From Octopus bimaculoides (taxonomy: Eukaryota), in the NCBI RefSeq assembly GCF_001194135.2, contig NC_068981.1, forward strand, positions 516,357-580,295: a stretch of DNA of 63,939 nucleotides, written 5' to 3'. The position numbers were made by a program, and so were the translations under genes. A model generated the notes under the pieces. It was not told the origin of the DNA. It ran no database searches and was given only the letters and a program-made list of their open reading frames with translations. Positions 62,675-63,939 of this stretch are shown in pieces (position 1 is the stretch's first letter; every line of letters starts with the position of its first letter).

Positions 62675-63024
62675 TTACATCAACCTTAGCAAAGGTGGAG
62701 GTATTGTTTTCAGTTGTGTTTGTTTGTCTGTGGACAAGATATTTCGAGGACAGCTGGATGGATTCAGATGAAACTTTCAGGGATGTTTGGCCTCATGACT
62801 GGCACAAACTGATTAGATTTTGGGATCAATCCAGTACCAGACAAGGATTCTGGATTATTTTCCGTTTTTTTTTTCACTTAATTTTTGAGAACGTTCGAGT
62901 TCATTTTTAGTATTCTCGTTTGTGAGAGCAGTCGAGTTTATTTCAGATATTCTCATTTTAAAAATCATCTCTGGCTAATCATTGAGAGGACGTTGGTGTT
63001 GCCTTGGAGGAGGTTTGTGCTCTT
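62675..63024 (+). mobile_element. Helentron-type non-autonomous element, second copy
   Basis: Strong similarity to 5778-6152; 3' hairpin truncated. Confidence 0.65.
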
Positions 63025-63437
63025 CTTTAATATACATTATTCTTCAAATTACTTTTGTAAGTAGAAAAGAAATAGGTTTTTTTCTTCCTTTCTTTTACTG
63101 GTATCTTTGGTAGTTGATATTTGATTATGATTAAGTTGTGCTGCAAAAGCATTGCTTTATGAGAATGTATGGAGTTTCTTTTCAAGTGGTAATTTCAAAA
63201 TTGTTTAGAGAACATTAAAAGGAAAAGTAATTCCATACCTTAAACTACTAAAAATAAGTATATGGGAAGTTATTTAAGTGATGATGTTGGGTGGCTGAGG
63301 GGGGAAAAATAAAAACTTATATACAACAATAATGACAATAATAATAATCTCAGTCCTATAAGTTAATCTTAGCAACCAACAATTGGAGTTGAAATTAGTT
63401 CAAGGAAGTGAAATAGTCTCTGTGTGGAAATATAGCT

Positions 63438-63595
63438 TTAACCCTTTTGTATTTAAACTGGTCAAATTTGACCCAAATATTTTATTTTTTGTATGTTCAA
63501 ACTGGTCAAATCCAGCCTCTCACACCTACCCTACAATGTCATTCTAAAAATAAACAATCACATCTTGGAAATCTCAAAGCCACAGGATAAATGGA
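63438..63595 (+). mobile_element. TTAA-ended MITE fragment
   Basis: ttaaccctttt start; cctctcacacctaccctacaatgtc shared with three other copies. Confidence 0.6.
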
Positions 63596-63825
63596 TCCCT
63601 ATGCCTCTATTCTCTCTTGCTGCCCCGAACCATTTCACTTGTTAGCCATTCTTTATCCATTAAGATTGCTCTCCACACCCACATGTTACAGCAGGCTCTT
63701 TACCCTCCCAGGACCACCAAATTATCTCTTCTCATGCATTACACCTCTTTTATTTCTCTACTCTACTCCTGCAGCCAACCCAAGCACATCATCTCTCTCT
63801 CTCTCCTCCTTCATCATCAGTCAAA

Positions 63826-63939
63826 TCATCCAATCCATGCCAGCCCGGTCAAACTGTCCACTCCATGCCAGTCCGGTCAAACCGTCCAACCCATGCCAGC
63901 ATGGACAACAGACGTTAAATGATGATGATGGTGATGATT
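63826..63939 (+). mobile_element. RTE LINE tail with a locally triplicated 3' segment
   Basis: Three successive caaac..tcca...catgccag segments, then (GAT)n. Confidence 0.65.

Overview
AT-rich, repeat-dense eukaryotic DNA from a gapped scaffold. The repeat families look cephalopod (Octopus-like); that is an inference. The whole window lies inside one + strand gene. Eleven phase-compatible GT-AG exons (1416-1514, 7358-7452, 22791-22854, 28895-29005, 32498-32572, 37956-38180, 40706-40809, 41309-41422, 52361-52523, 60044-60188, 62505-62628; 1319 nt, ~439 codons, no stop) splice into a protein collinear with the C-terminal ARM/HEAT region of STK36 (Fused homolog), compared from memory of the human protein. 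The kinase domain lies upstream and the last exons downstream of the window. The introns hold more than 20 5'-truncated RTE LINE 3' ends with (GAT)n tails, several tRNA-derived SINE families, CR1, Helitron/Helentron, piggyBac, hAT and mariner remnants, Penelope-like fragments and microsatellites. Almost every ORF in the supplied track is spurious. The most notable unexplained signal is a set of type I hammerhead ribozyme motifs: one with a fully canonical core (16270-16334, minus strand), a two-copy CUGUUGA-core variant, and decayed motifs in the loops of long hairpins. A Helitron also carries a minisatellite rich in STAT/NF-kB-like motifs. Repeat boundaries were read by eye and are approximate.
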